Assembly (NCBI GenBank): GCA_964106915.2 | Contig: OZ066922.1 | DNA from: Podarcis gaigeae | Taxonomy: Eukaryota | DNA: 64,000 bases | Strand: one strand, 5' to 3' | Shown here: one piece after another, positions 37,601-45,537 of the stretch | Layout of the letters: every line of letters starts with the position of its first letter | Numbering within the stretch: the first letter of the stretch is position 1 | Made by a program: the position numbers and the translations under genes | Notes under the pieces: model-generated | Told to the model about the DNA's origin: nothing | The model's database searches: none | Seen by the model: the letters and a program-made list of their open reading frames with translations, nothing else

Positions 37601-40600
37601 GGGAGCAATTACTATTCTCCCCCCCCCAAAAAAAAACCCCATTCAATTATATATTTTTTAATATAATAGAAGGGAAATATCAGAGCTTATACCTGTTAAC
37701 CTGCAGTTTTTAGTTGGATTTGGATTCTGCCATTAAATAAAATAGATATATATTTATTGTGTAGTAATTACATAATAAGCCACAATCTAAACACATTGGA
37801 ACACTTGAAGTGTGTAAAGAATTTGTCATCCCAAAAGCCAAGCAACATCTGAATTGCGCTCAGCACATTAATGCCTCAATATCTTGTGGTTAAGAATTTT
37901 AAAGAGGTACATTGTATGCCAGTAAAGCTTGCTCATGGCATATTGTCTTTTCTAACAAAAGTCCAGTTTATCTGATGCATGTGAAATTCTCATATAGTCA
38001 AAGTTTTCTCCAGCATGTACTCTGCTGTGAGATAATATGGCAACATTTTTTTCAGATTAAGGCAATGGTGGTGGGTGGATTCAAATAAACAGTAAACTGC
38101 AATTATGCAAATATATTCCTAAGCAATTGAGATGCATATTGGATGTGCACACAGTTTACAATCCCCAAAATAAAGCTAAAGTCCAGTATTTAACTGTTTG
38201 ATCCCTCTTCAGTAGTTAATTTGGAATACATGAGTTTGTGTCTTCAGACATGGAGTCTAAATTGTATCTATGTGGCCACATTGGATGGATTACTACATTA
38301 TAACCCTTGTTTTCTCTATATATAGCATCTAAAGAAGCAGGTAAATCCTTCCCCCCCCACACACACTGCATTTGCAATGTATGTTTGTGGAGGTTACATA
38401 TGAATAAGGTATAATTCCTTATTTAAGATAGATAAGTAATTTCTAAATGTCTGGGAGATTGTGTGTGCCGCATTAAAATATAATTAGTAATTCTGATACA
38501 GCAAATGTGACTTCTTCTAGGTGCAGCATGCCATGGAGATCTTACAGAGAAGCTGAAGCTACTGTATAAAATGCATGTTTTGCCTGGTAAGTAAGCAGAG
38601 GGCCATTCTGCATACCTAAAGATTCCGCTAACGGTGCCATTCTTGACTTCCTTAACATGAGAGTAAGACCCACTGAACTTGGTGGGGCTTACTTCTGAGT
38701 AGATATGCATAGGATTGCATCTGTTGATGGGACATTTGCTGTAACTCATCCACCAACCAGTATTGGGATTTCTATTTGCGCATACTAAATGGGAGGGGTA
38801 GCTGTGCTCTGAGGCATAGCCATAACTCTGTTTGTCATCAAAAAGATATGCACGGCAGTGCTAAATGGAATAAACATATAGACCAAAAATAAATACATAG
38901 CATCTAGTTACTATAAATAACAGGTGGAGACTGTGCGGCCATCTAGATCTTTTTGGACTCCCCAGTCCCATCAGCCCCAGCCAGCATGGCCAATGGTTAG
39001 GGATGATGGGAGTTGTAATCCAGCAGGATCTGGAAGCTACAGGTATGCAATAGTTTGTTGTTTCCATTATTATTAAAACATGTGCCATTAATGTCTAGGG
39101 CCCATCCACAAATTGCCCTGACATTTATGTGTTTGCCTTGTGATGCCCAGCACTGGACTTCCATGGTTTAACAAAGACCATAATTAAGCCTTTGTTCATC
39201 TAAATTGGCACATATAAGGACATCTGTGCCCAAGAATTTTATATCAGACATTTAAGACACAGTTTTATATAGGAAATGCTGTTTCATAAACCCATCCATT
39301 AGTAATTTATTATTGCCCTGAAATAGATTACTTTTTTAAAAAAAATCTGTAATATATATATTGGTAGTGGGAGGGGGTTTCGCATTTTTGATATGTACAA
39401 GTGGGTTGGTTGATCTGTCCAAGTTTGATGATGCTTGATGCTTCTATGCGCAGACCCATCCTCGGATCAAGAAGAGCCGGATTCTGCTTTTGAAGCAACA
39501 CAGTACTTCTTTGAAGACATCACACCAGAGTGTACACATGGTACTGGACTTTACCTCAGATCTTTCCTCTTTCATGACTGCATCAATTTCCCCTTCAAAT
39601 ATAAACTCAAAGGTTCTTGCACCCAAAATAAAACAGAAGCCAGCTGCAGTTTTCTCTCTGAATATCAGGACTGTGAATTTAATAAATCACCCTCTTCCCT
39701 TTGGCCTTCTGGAAGGGGAAAAAACCACATCAGCTTCATGGTTGGAGTAGTTTAAATTAGAGGGGAGTTTCAGAAGACCAGAAAGGTGTTGGATCCTTTT
39801 GGTGTACCCCCTCTGTGAACAAAGGTCACAGAAATTTACTTGATGTGGAGAGGGAAGGGTATATCCAATCACCTTCTCTGAGGTTGTGGCTCAGGCTGGG
39901 TTCCCAGTTGAGGGTGAGTAGGCACAGAATGGCGTATGGAGGCAGCTTCTTTTTTTTAATATAAGGGACGTTTTTTAAAAAAAGATGGTACTCAGATGAA
40001 TTGTGCCATCGTCTATGGTATATCATGCCCTCTTGTGTGGAGAGATCGCAGCAGGATGCCCACCTACCAAAAGTGTGATACTCGTCAGCTGTGTTGTGAA
40101 AAAAGAGAGCGATGAATTGCTACATGTCTGGAAACACCCTGAGAAGGACTGGCTGATACCAGCTTTCCTGGGCTTGTACTAATGTAACCAAATGTGTAAA
40201 TACAGAGGTGTCTCAAAGTGCATTAATTTTGTTTTTTCTGTGCATTAGTTGTTGGCGTAGATGGCAGGAACAAACATGGAGCAGATGAGGGTTTCGTTAA
40301 TGTGAGTGTGAAAACTGAAAAAGGTATGAAGTTAAATTGGAGGGGATGGGGAAATAATTTTTCATTATCCAACTTCTTCCCCCAAAAATAATCTTGCTTT
40401 TTGGCAAAACATTTGTGTTAGGTAAGAAGAACTCTCAAGATAATAGAAACTACCTTAGAATGTGGAGCCAAGAGAATAAAGCCAAAACAAAGAGTGCAAA
40501 GGACTTGCCCAAGCTCAATCAGGTAAGCTTTGTTAACACACAAAAAGGTGTGTAAGGTTTCAGTCCCTGTATCCAGCAACTAAGCGCAGGGTAGGTTGTT

Positions 40601-43597
40601 GAGTCTGCAAGTAGTGCATTCTGTAACATAGGTGGTATGTTAGTCCCTAACACTTCTAAATGCAAATAAAGGAGCCCCTTTCCCACTTCCCCCCAGCAGG
40701 CAATCAGTGATAAAGCTGGCAGCATAAGCCATTTTTTCAACAGGTGAATGCATGCAGCAACCCATACAATGATCTATGGATCAAATCCTTTAGTCATTTT
40801 TGTTCAAAAATGACTAAAGGAATCGCCTTTATTTTATTAGCAAGATTTGAAGAGGGATGTTGATAGAATATTGTTGATGTATTTGAAGTTCATTCATATA
40901 GAAGAGAAAAATGCACAATTTGATTGCATGCATAATCCTTTGGAAAAAGTTGTTTAAATTTCAGGTGCATAATGAAATGAAGATTGGCAGAGGTTTGTGT
41001 GAGAGGGAGAGATAAGAGGGAAGGGAAAGAATATGAATATAAAGTCAAGACACCACCAAATCCAAAGCCTTGCTTGTGTTGAGGGTGTTTTCTTCTTTTT
41101 TGACCAGTGGTTTTCTTTCTTTCAGAGTTTCCTCTCCCATTAGTCCCAGTAGCTTTCAAAATCAATAACTCCAGCTCCAGGACTGGTGCACTTTCTAATC
41201 TGTTCTGGGGACATGTCAGGGACTAGGAGAGTTGTTTAGATCTAGCACAGGCTTCCTCAACCTTGGCCCTCCAGATGTTTTTGGCCTACAACTCCCATGA
41301 TCCCTAGCTAGCCAGTGGTCATGGATGATGGGAATTGTAGTCTCAAAACATCTGGAGGGCCGAGGTTGAGGAAGCCTGATCTAGCAGATCCAAAGACGCC
41401 TGTGATCTCACTGACACCCCCTTTTCTTTTGCTGTTACTGCTATCACAGATGGCAGAGTGGTGCTGGTTTATGTGCCCACAACAGGGAAGTTTGCAAGGT
41501 TGGATCTCCTCCTCATAGATTGTTTAATTAGTCATCCAGAGTTGTCCTACACAGTAGGGGATCAGGGTGACCACTCTGGGCCCTGCAATTTCAGGGGTTC
41601 CACACCTTTACATGGAGGCAGCCTCATTCGGGAACAGGCCCCAAATGCTAAGTAACACTGGCCAGTGATTGGGCAGCACCCCTGGTTCACCTGGATCCCC
41701 TTTTACAGCCCCCAGAAAAGCAAGCATGGGAAGAGGGGTGTGCCTGCATTCAAAAGTCAGCTGGTGGCATCGCTTATTTCCCCCCCTCCCCTATTTCAAA
41801 AAACAAAGTCCCTCCCTCTGAAAAAGGCACATGTATGTGGATGAGAGAGAGATTGGTAGTTTTGTTTTCTCAACACATTCACATTCAACTGCAGGAATGT
41901 GGGGCAAATCCTGAAGTCCGTTAGTTCACTTAATGCTTAATTGCTTAAAGCCAAAGAATGTTGTAAGTAACCCTAAAGAAAAGCCTGCACTCTGAATATA
42001 GTTAACGATGAAGGTAATTTCTAGAGTGTACTCTGCTCTTTTCTGTTTTTTAGCAGGATGGGAACCCTAAGTAAAGTATAATTGAATCCCAAATGTCTTA
42101 AAGTTTTTTGCTGGCCTAGGCAAGTTCAAGAGGCACTTGCAGGGGGTTAGAAGCATGTTTTGTACGTATATAGTTTCCAAGTCAATCCCTGTCACCTGTT
42201 AAAAGCATTCAGAGTTCTTCTAATCTAGACATTTTCTTCAAAGACCTGGGAGTCTAGGCTCTCTGCCTTCTGGTTCAAATTTCAGAGGCAGATTTTCCCT
42301 GTGTAATACAGTGCACCCAAAGAACATGAGTTGCATCCTTCTTTCACCCCCTAGGGATGGCTCAGTTGTCACCTATAGTTACACACAGTTTCCCCTCGTA
42401 TACACATACTTTTTTGAGATTAAGTCCTGTGATTAATAAATGCCTAACGTTTAATCTTTTTCTACATAGCTTAAGGAGGGCAGCTTAGGCTGGCGTATGC
42501 ATTCTTTTGGGTAAGAATCTGCAGGAATCTGTGTTGCCATAATCTGCCTCAGAAAAGTTTGCTTGATTGGCATAATCACCAGATGCTAGTAACACTCATA
42601 CGAATTTTTTTTTAATGAACTGATTTTGTCAAGTTTAAATATATGTTGGTAATTGTTAATTTGGTATTACATGTCCAGGAATATACAGAGAACAATTGTG
42701 CCTTTCTCCTTTTCCTTTCCCCATTAATTCTCTTGCATCTCAGTCAATTAACTGGGAGCACCTAATACATGTTACTGCTGAAGCCAAGCAATGTGGACAT
42801 GGTCACGATCTAGAATGGGAGACAATTTGGAGCCCCATACAAAAGTATAATAGATATTTAAGAAACAAAACCTTGTTCCTCTCTCTTGCATCTAGGGGCA
42901 GTTTATTGAATTGTGCAAGACAATGTATAACATGTTTAGTGAAGACCCCAATGAGCAGGATCTTTACCACGCTACTGCAGCTGTGACAAGTTTGCTTTTG
43001 GAGATTGGAGAAGTTGGTAAGTTATTTAGTGCGCAGCCTCTCAAGGAGGCAGAGAGTAGCAGCAAAGCCATTCAGAACGCACTTCTTCAGAAGAAGGGAA
43101 GCCAGCAGTATCACCTTGGACAACGTGACCCTTTTCAAGATGGCTTCCTTGCGGATGAGGAAGAGAATATTTGTGGTGATGGTACACAGATGGAGGACAT
43201 CAAGCTGGAAGATTCTTCTCCTAGAGACAATGGAGCTGGTTCTTCCATGCTTATTTCAGATGACGATACTAAAGACGACAGCTCCATGTCTTCCTATTCC
43301 GTCCTAAGTGCAGGCTCTCATGAGGAAGACAAATTGCATTGTGAAGACATTGGCGAGGACACGGTTTTAGTGCGAAGCAGCAACCCTTCTCTACCCAGAA
43401 GCATGAGCATCGACAGAGACTGGGCTATCACCTTTGAGCAGTTTCTGGCTTCCCTCTTGACTGAACCTGCCCTGGTGCGGTATTTCGACAAGCCAGTCTG
43501 CATGATGGCAAGAATTACAAATGCCAAGAATGTGCGGATGATGGGCAAACCCATAATATCTGCAAGTGACTACGAAATCTCTGCTATGTCAGGCTAA
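11261..43597 (+). CDS. TBC1D9: TBC1 domain family member 9 (GRAM-GRAM-TBC Rab-GAP-EF-hand protein), spliced CDS exons 2-21; 5'-partial (exon 1 outside window)
   Basis: 20 GT-AG exons join in frame (3647 nt) and translate to a protein I recognise as TBC1D9 ([24 protein letters not shown]...; TBC motifs IERDLHRS and YCQAMN; EF-hand [13 protein letters not shown]; C-terminus [12 protein letters not shown]). Neighbouring ELMOD2 supports TBC1D9 rather than TBC1D9B/TBC1D8. Confidence 0.97.
11432..11657. mobile_element. Tc1/mariner-pogo (Tigger-like) MITE
   Basis: TA|CAGTGGTACCTC.GGTTA ... TAACCCGAGGTACCACTG|TA: terminal inverted repeats with TA duplication. Confidence 0.9.
12010..12570. mobile_element. 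Second copy of the same MITE, interrupted by a Sauria SINE
   Basis: TA|CAGTGGTACC...aacctaaaac [SINE] taccactttagctaatgggg...GAGGTACCACTA|TA; colinear with 11432-11657. Confidence 0.88.
12069..12422 (+). mobile_element. Sauria SINE (young subfamily), nested in MITE
   Basis: A-box tggcgctgtgg, B-box ggttcgaatcc, (ACCTTT)n tail; almost identical to 30077-30437. Confidence 0.92.
13120..13301. mobile_element. GC-rich DNA-transposon end fragment with short internal repeats
   Basis: Ends ttcctacgccccctg (reverse complement CAGGGGGCGTAGG, a TIR-like end); repeated acgatcagc.cccattggggg. Confidence 0.5.
14888..15092. mobile_element. Old palindromic (MITE-like) element
   Basis: ttcacttcctgtttcaaacaaaccacagtt / aactgtgatttgtttaagacaggaagtgaa inverted arms. 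Confidence 0.55.
15165..15228 (-). mobile_element. Sauria SINE internal fragment
   Basis: ccagagcgcacggaaatgccattttccttcccgcc...gtggtacttatttatctactt matches 5645-5705. Confidence 0.65.
15477..15595 (+). CDS. TBC1D9: TBC1D9 exon 3 (119 nt)
   Basis: tcttag|GTTGTTCAAGG...ATACAG|gtagtg; [39 protein letters not shown]; not in the ORF track. Confidence 0.95.
16926..17154 (+). CDS. TBC1D9: TBC1D9 exon 4 (229 nt; start of GRAM 1)
   Basis: ttcag|GGCATC...GAAG|gtatga; [11 protein letters not shown]...[34 protein letters not shown]. Confidence 0.96.
18990..19251 (+). CDS. TBC1D9: TBC1D9 exon 5 (262 nt)
   Basis: cattag|CCAAGCTA...AAACG|gtaggt; [26 protein letters not shown]...KKVSALKR. Confidence 0.96.
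19340..19880 (-). mobile_element. Probable L1-type 3' UTR remnant
   Basis: Strand-biased A/C-rich sequence with the same layout as 3158-3460; starts 90 nt after TBC1D9 exon 5. Confidence 0.5.
20775..20982 (+). CDS. TBC1D9: TBC1D9 exon 6 (208 nt; GRAM 2)
   Basis: ttcag|GGATCTT...CGAGAG|gtgggt; [35 protein letters not shown]...IIPLRE. Confidence 0.96.
21853..21903. repeat. (AC)n(AG)n microsatellite
   Basis: Direct reading. Confidence 0.95.
21948..22147 (+). mobile_element. Degenerate tRNA-derived squamate SINE (Squam3-like)
   Basis: tRNA-like head (cagaaggtccttggttcagtccct...catctctag) and tail aggcagttttctatattcct. Confidence 0.55.
22719..22925 (+). CDS. TBC1D9: TBC1D9 exon 7 (207 nt)
   Basis: cttag|GTGACT...GATGAG|gtgagt; [20 protein letters not shown]...SSDDE. 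Confidence 0.96.
25000..25430 (-). mobile_element. Degenerate Penelope-like element with inverted terminal segment
   Basis: ggtagccgtgttag...tgtggtactttaaagactaac is the reverse complement of the 10840-10920 type terminus; the same motif recurs in + orientation at 25375-25430; smaller relic at 16150-16290. Confidence 0.55.
26489..26938 (+). mobile_element. 5'-truncated young L2 LINE (ORF2 C-terminus, 3' UTR, (ATT)n tail)
   Basis: ORF 26525-26812 [15 protein letters not shown]...[15 protein letters not shown]...[10 protein letters not shown] is the typical L2 ORF2 end; CpGs retained; long pure ATT tail. Confidence 0.9.
27478..27648 (+). CDS. TBC1D9: TBC1D9 exon 8 (171 nt)
   Basis: attcag|GTATATTCA...AAATTA|gtaggt; [16 protein letters not shown]...[12 protein letters not shown]. 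Confidence 0.95.
28728..28878 (+). CDS. TBC1D9: TBC1D9 exon 9 (151 nt)
   Basis: ttttaag|GCAAAA...TCAG|gtgggt; [20 protein letters not shown]...RGELWLLLS. Confidence 0.96.
29797..29862. repeat. (CT)n(GT)n microsatellite
   Basis: Direct reading. Confidence 0.95.
30077..30437 (+). mobile_element. Full-length young Sauria SINE with perfect TSD
   Basis: gggacgcaggtggcgctgtgg...(ACCTTT)n; TSD ttaatgtactcagt at 30063-30076 and 30438-30451. Confidence 0.95.
30713..30927 (+). CDS. TBC1D9: TBC1D9 exon 10 (215 nt; TBC R-finger)
   Basis: ttttag|GAGCTATT...TGCCAG|gtaatt; [15 protein letters not shown]...[15 protein letters not shown]...NIGYCQ. Confidence 0.96.
31563..31619. repeat. (AC)n(AG)n microsatellite
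   Basis: Direct reading. Confidence 0.95.
31802..31919 (+). CDS. TBC1D9: TBC1D9 exon 11 (118 nt)
   Basis: ttctag|GCCATGAAT...GTTG|gtatgt; [39 protein letters not shown]. Confidence 0.96.
32475..32760 (+). CDS. TBC1D9: TBC1D9 exon 12 (286 nt)
   Basis: ttgcag|GAGCTCTG...GGAAG|gtaagt; [19 protein letters not shown]...EAMTVLG. Confidence 0.96.
33839..33974. mobile_element. hAT-family MITE (URR1-like), 136 bp
   Basis: Long inverted arms cagg..taggcaaact.ggccctccaga / tctggagggccgagtttgcctatgcctg; 8-bp TSD gcctatgg (33831-33838, 33975-33982). Confidence 0.9.
34300..34432 (-). mobile_element. Squam3-like SINE 3' part
   Basis: taggaacattggaagctgcct...gaccattggtccat.tagctcagtattgtctac.ctgactggcag...cctggagatgcc; reverse complement of the 21948-22147 type. 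Confidence 0.65.
34593..34722 (+). CDS. TBC1D9: TBC1D9 exon 13 (130 nt)
   Basis: ctgtag|GTATTTG...TATGAG|gtgatt; [43 protein letters not shown]. Confidence 0.95.
35007..35105 (+). CDS. TBC1D9: TBC1D9 exon 14 (99 nt)
   Basis: ctttag|AAATTT...AATGTG|gtaggt; [33 protein letters not shown]. Confidence 0.95.
35205..35273 (+). CDS. TBC1D9: TBC1D9 exon 15 (69 nt)
   Basis: gaaag|GTACGA...TTCAAG|gtaaat; [23 protein letters not shown]. Confidence 0.94.
35805..36119 (-). mobile_element. L2 LINE 3' fragment
   Basis: ORF 35850-36059 EGLLVVPSL...[15 protein letters not shown]...FRRHLK; same family as 26489-26938. Confidence 0.88.
36800..36987. mobile_element. hAT-like MITE
   Basis: cataggagccaact / agttgacacctctg imperfect TIRs; flanks tcctggta / tcctggtg (8-bp TSD, 1 mismatch). 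Confidence 0.7.
37174..37414 (+). CDS. TBC1D9: TBC1D9 exon 16 (241 nt; EF-hand)
   Basis: cttcag|GCAGAG...CTAA|gtaaga; [11 protein letters not shown]...[19 protein letters not shown]. Confidence 0.96.
38521..38586 (+). CDS. TBC1D9: TBC1D9 exon 17 (66 nt)
   Basis: ttctag|GTGCAGCA...CCTG|gtaagt; [21 protein letters not shown]. Confidence 0.95.
39454..39540 (+). CDS. TBC1D9: TBC1D9 exon 18 (87 nt)
   Basis: gcgcag|ACCCATCC...CATG|gtactg; [28 protein letters not shown]. Confidence 0.94.
40249..40323 (+). CDS. TBC1D9: TBC1D9 exon 19 (75 nt)
   Basis: cattag|TTGTTGGC...AAAG|gtatga; [24 protein letters not shown]. Confidence 0.92.
40422..40522 (+). CDS. TBC1D9: TBC1D9 exon 20 (101 nt)
   Basis: tgttag|GTAAGAAG...AATCAG|gtaagc; [33 protein letters not shown]; phase closes correctly with exons 19 and 21. 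Confidence 0.92.
41248..41378. mobile_element. hAT-family MITE (URR1-like), 131 bp
   Basis: caggcttcctcaacct...aggttgaggaagcctg perfect TIR; 8-bp TSD atctagca (41240-41247, 41379-41386); degenerate relatives near 16335, 16600, 17900, 38920, 45330, 52610. Confidence 0.92.
42896..43597 (+). CDS. TBC1D9: TBC1D9 exon 21, coding part (702 nt, ends TAA)
   Basis: tctag|GGGCAGTTTATT; [18 protein letters not shown]...[16 protein letters not shown]...YEISAMSG*; matches ORF 42911-43597. Confidence 0.97.
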   Translation, partial: GQFIELCKTMYNMFSEDPNEQDLYHATAAVTSLLLEIGEVGKLFSAQPLKEAESSSKAIQNALLQKKGSQQYHLGQRDPFQDGFLADEEENICGDGTQMEDIKLEDSSPRDNGAGSSMLISDDDTKDDSSMSSYSVLSAGSHEEDKLHCEDIGEDTVLVRSSNPSLPRSMSIDRDWAITFEQFLASLLTEPALVRYFDKPVCMMARITNAKNVRMMGKPIISASDYEISAMSG

Positions 43598-45165
43598 GTG
43601 GGCCCAGGTAGGGAGGGTTTTTAAAAAACTATTTTTTTGGTTTTTATTACATATTTATTACTGCCTGGCACAGGTCCTGGTGTTTTCAAAAGGTGGTAGT
43701 TCTTGCTTATGTGAACATGTTATATTGAACTTTCTCTCGCTGTGGGAAACATTATCAGAATGCTTGTCTTATCGTCAATATATAGGGGGGGAGGGCATCA
43801 TTGTCAGTGGTGGGTATGTTATTAGTATTGCTATCCATGGATAAATGGTGACAATTAGTACAATTTTAAGTCTAGAAATGAACAAAGTTTGTGTATGTTT
43901 TAAAAACGGGCCTGAAATCCTGGTAAGGAAGAAACTGGAAGAACTTAAAAGTGGCAGAAGCATTGTGTGCTGCAGCGTGCACATGGAGTTCCTTTGTCTT
44001 TGCCATTCCCCTTGAGGGAGGTAGCACAATGTTCACATGCCTTTGGCTCACGCAGAGCTGCTTCCCTCACTGCCGTGAATGGGGAAGCAGAAGCTGCTGC
44101 AGGCAGGGAGCACCATGTGTGCACTGGAACCCGATGCCTGTTACAAGATTAGTAGGCTGCGCTAAAAATAGAAAGGGATGCTGTCAACTTGTTTAGGACT
44201 CAAAAGTAAGTTCTGTGCAGCATCCCTGGTGGATGTCTCTTGATATAATTTTTTTTTTTTTAAAGAGAGGCCAGTGATTCCTAATACTTTTTAAAATACA
44301 TTCTTCAGGGATACCGCCATGGACTTGCCTTGACACATGCCAACATCCTGACCTAAACAATTCATAGTACCCCTTTTAAAAATGAGAGGGTTTTTAATAA
44401 AATTCTGTAGATAATTGTATGTTGTTGAACATTTTAAACCTAGTGTATGGTAGATTAAGAATTCATAGCTTAAGTCTTCATTTTAAAACAGTTATTAGCA
44501 GGAATGTAATGGGGGGGGATCTGCAAGGAAATGTAACAATGTTTGAAAGTCTTAATGAAAACACTGTCACTTTATTATAGATGAATAATGTATAATGTAA
44601 TTTACTGAATGATACGTTGAATGACAAATGGAGCACCTGCACTTTGAATCTTTGCTTCTTTTTCCAAAACATTAAATGGCGGCACAACTCACTTCCATGG
44701 TGCACATATTTCCTTTGCTCAGAGGGTTCCAAAACGCTCAAAAAGACCCATCCCCGCCCCCAGCCAACCTCAAACACACTATCTGTACGCATGCCCGTGT
44801 CTGGGGGTGGGGCAAAGCTCTGTTGATACTATGGGAATCCTCTGAATGTGCCTGTGATAGGACTGGATTGTGCCTAATATTTTTTAAATTTCTTAGGTGA
44901 TTAGGTCCAAATCATTCTTACATGCCTGAACTATATTTGCTGCCTTCAAAAAAATCTTTCCACCTCCTTTTTGTTTTTTTATATATTGTATGTTATGATC
45001 ATGTAACTTTTCCAGGTGTATTTTTTTTTAAGCCAAAGCTATTGCTTTAATTCTTATTTAAGATACTGAACTGTCTGACGTGGTTTTAGCCACAGTAGGT
45101 AAATGTAATCAAGGCTCTTTTTTGTTTTTTGAAAGAGATATTAAACTATTATCAGATGGAAAATT
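43598..45165 (+). other. TBC1D9: TBC1D9 3' UTR (end inferred)
   Basis: Follows stop codon; AU-rich; candidate signals AATAAA 44396-44401 and ATTAAA 45140-45145. Confidence 0.55.
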
Positions 45166-45195
45166 GCAACTGTCTTTCATGGTGTAACTCTTTTA
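45140..45195 (+). terminator. Candidate TBC1D9 polyadenylation site
   Basis: ATTAAA at 45140-45145, upstream UGUA and U-runs, downstream GU/U-rich tgtctttcatggtgtaactctttt. Confidence 0.5.
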
Positions 45196-45480
45196 GCTTG
45201 ACTTCCACTGAGTTAAGTAGCAGAGAAATCAGATTTATTGCAGGGGAGTGAGACTTTCTCTACAACAGGGGTAGCCAACATGCAGTCCCTCTACAGCCAG
45301 GTGATGCAGTCCCACGTCCCATCATATAGATCAGGCCTGGGTAACTTGTGGCCCTTGCAGTTGTTGCTGAACTCAAAACTCCTCTCATCCCTGTGTTCCA
45401 CAAACAGACTTAGCAAGTAGTACTCTTGTAACACAAGTACTCTTGTAGCAACATTGGAACCTACAAAGGGGACTGTGAAA

Positions 45481-45537
45481 ACAATAAATACAACATACCT
45501 GAGCAAAACAAAGCTTCTGATCAACTTGATCTTTATT
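45481..45537 (-). terminator. Candidate distal ELMOD2 polyadenylation site
   Basis: AATAAA on - strand at 45537-45532 followed about 25 nt later by strongly GU-rich ctttgttttgctcaggtatgttgtatttattgt. Confidence 0.5.

Noticed and set aside
39435-39755. Exon 18 frame stays open about 70 codons into intron 18 after a weak donor (gtactg)
   Set aside because: Read-through peptide is unrecognisable and the nearby AATAAA motifs precede the stop; no support without RNA data.
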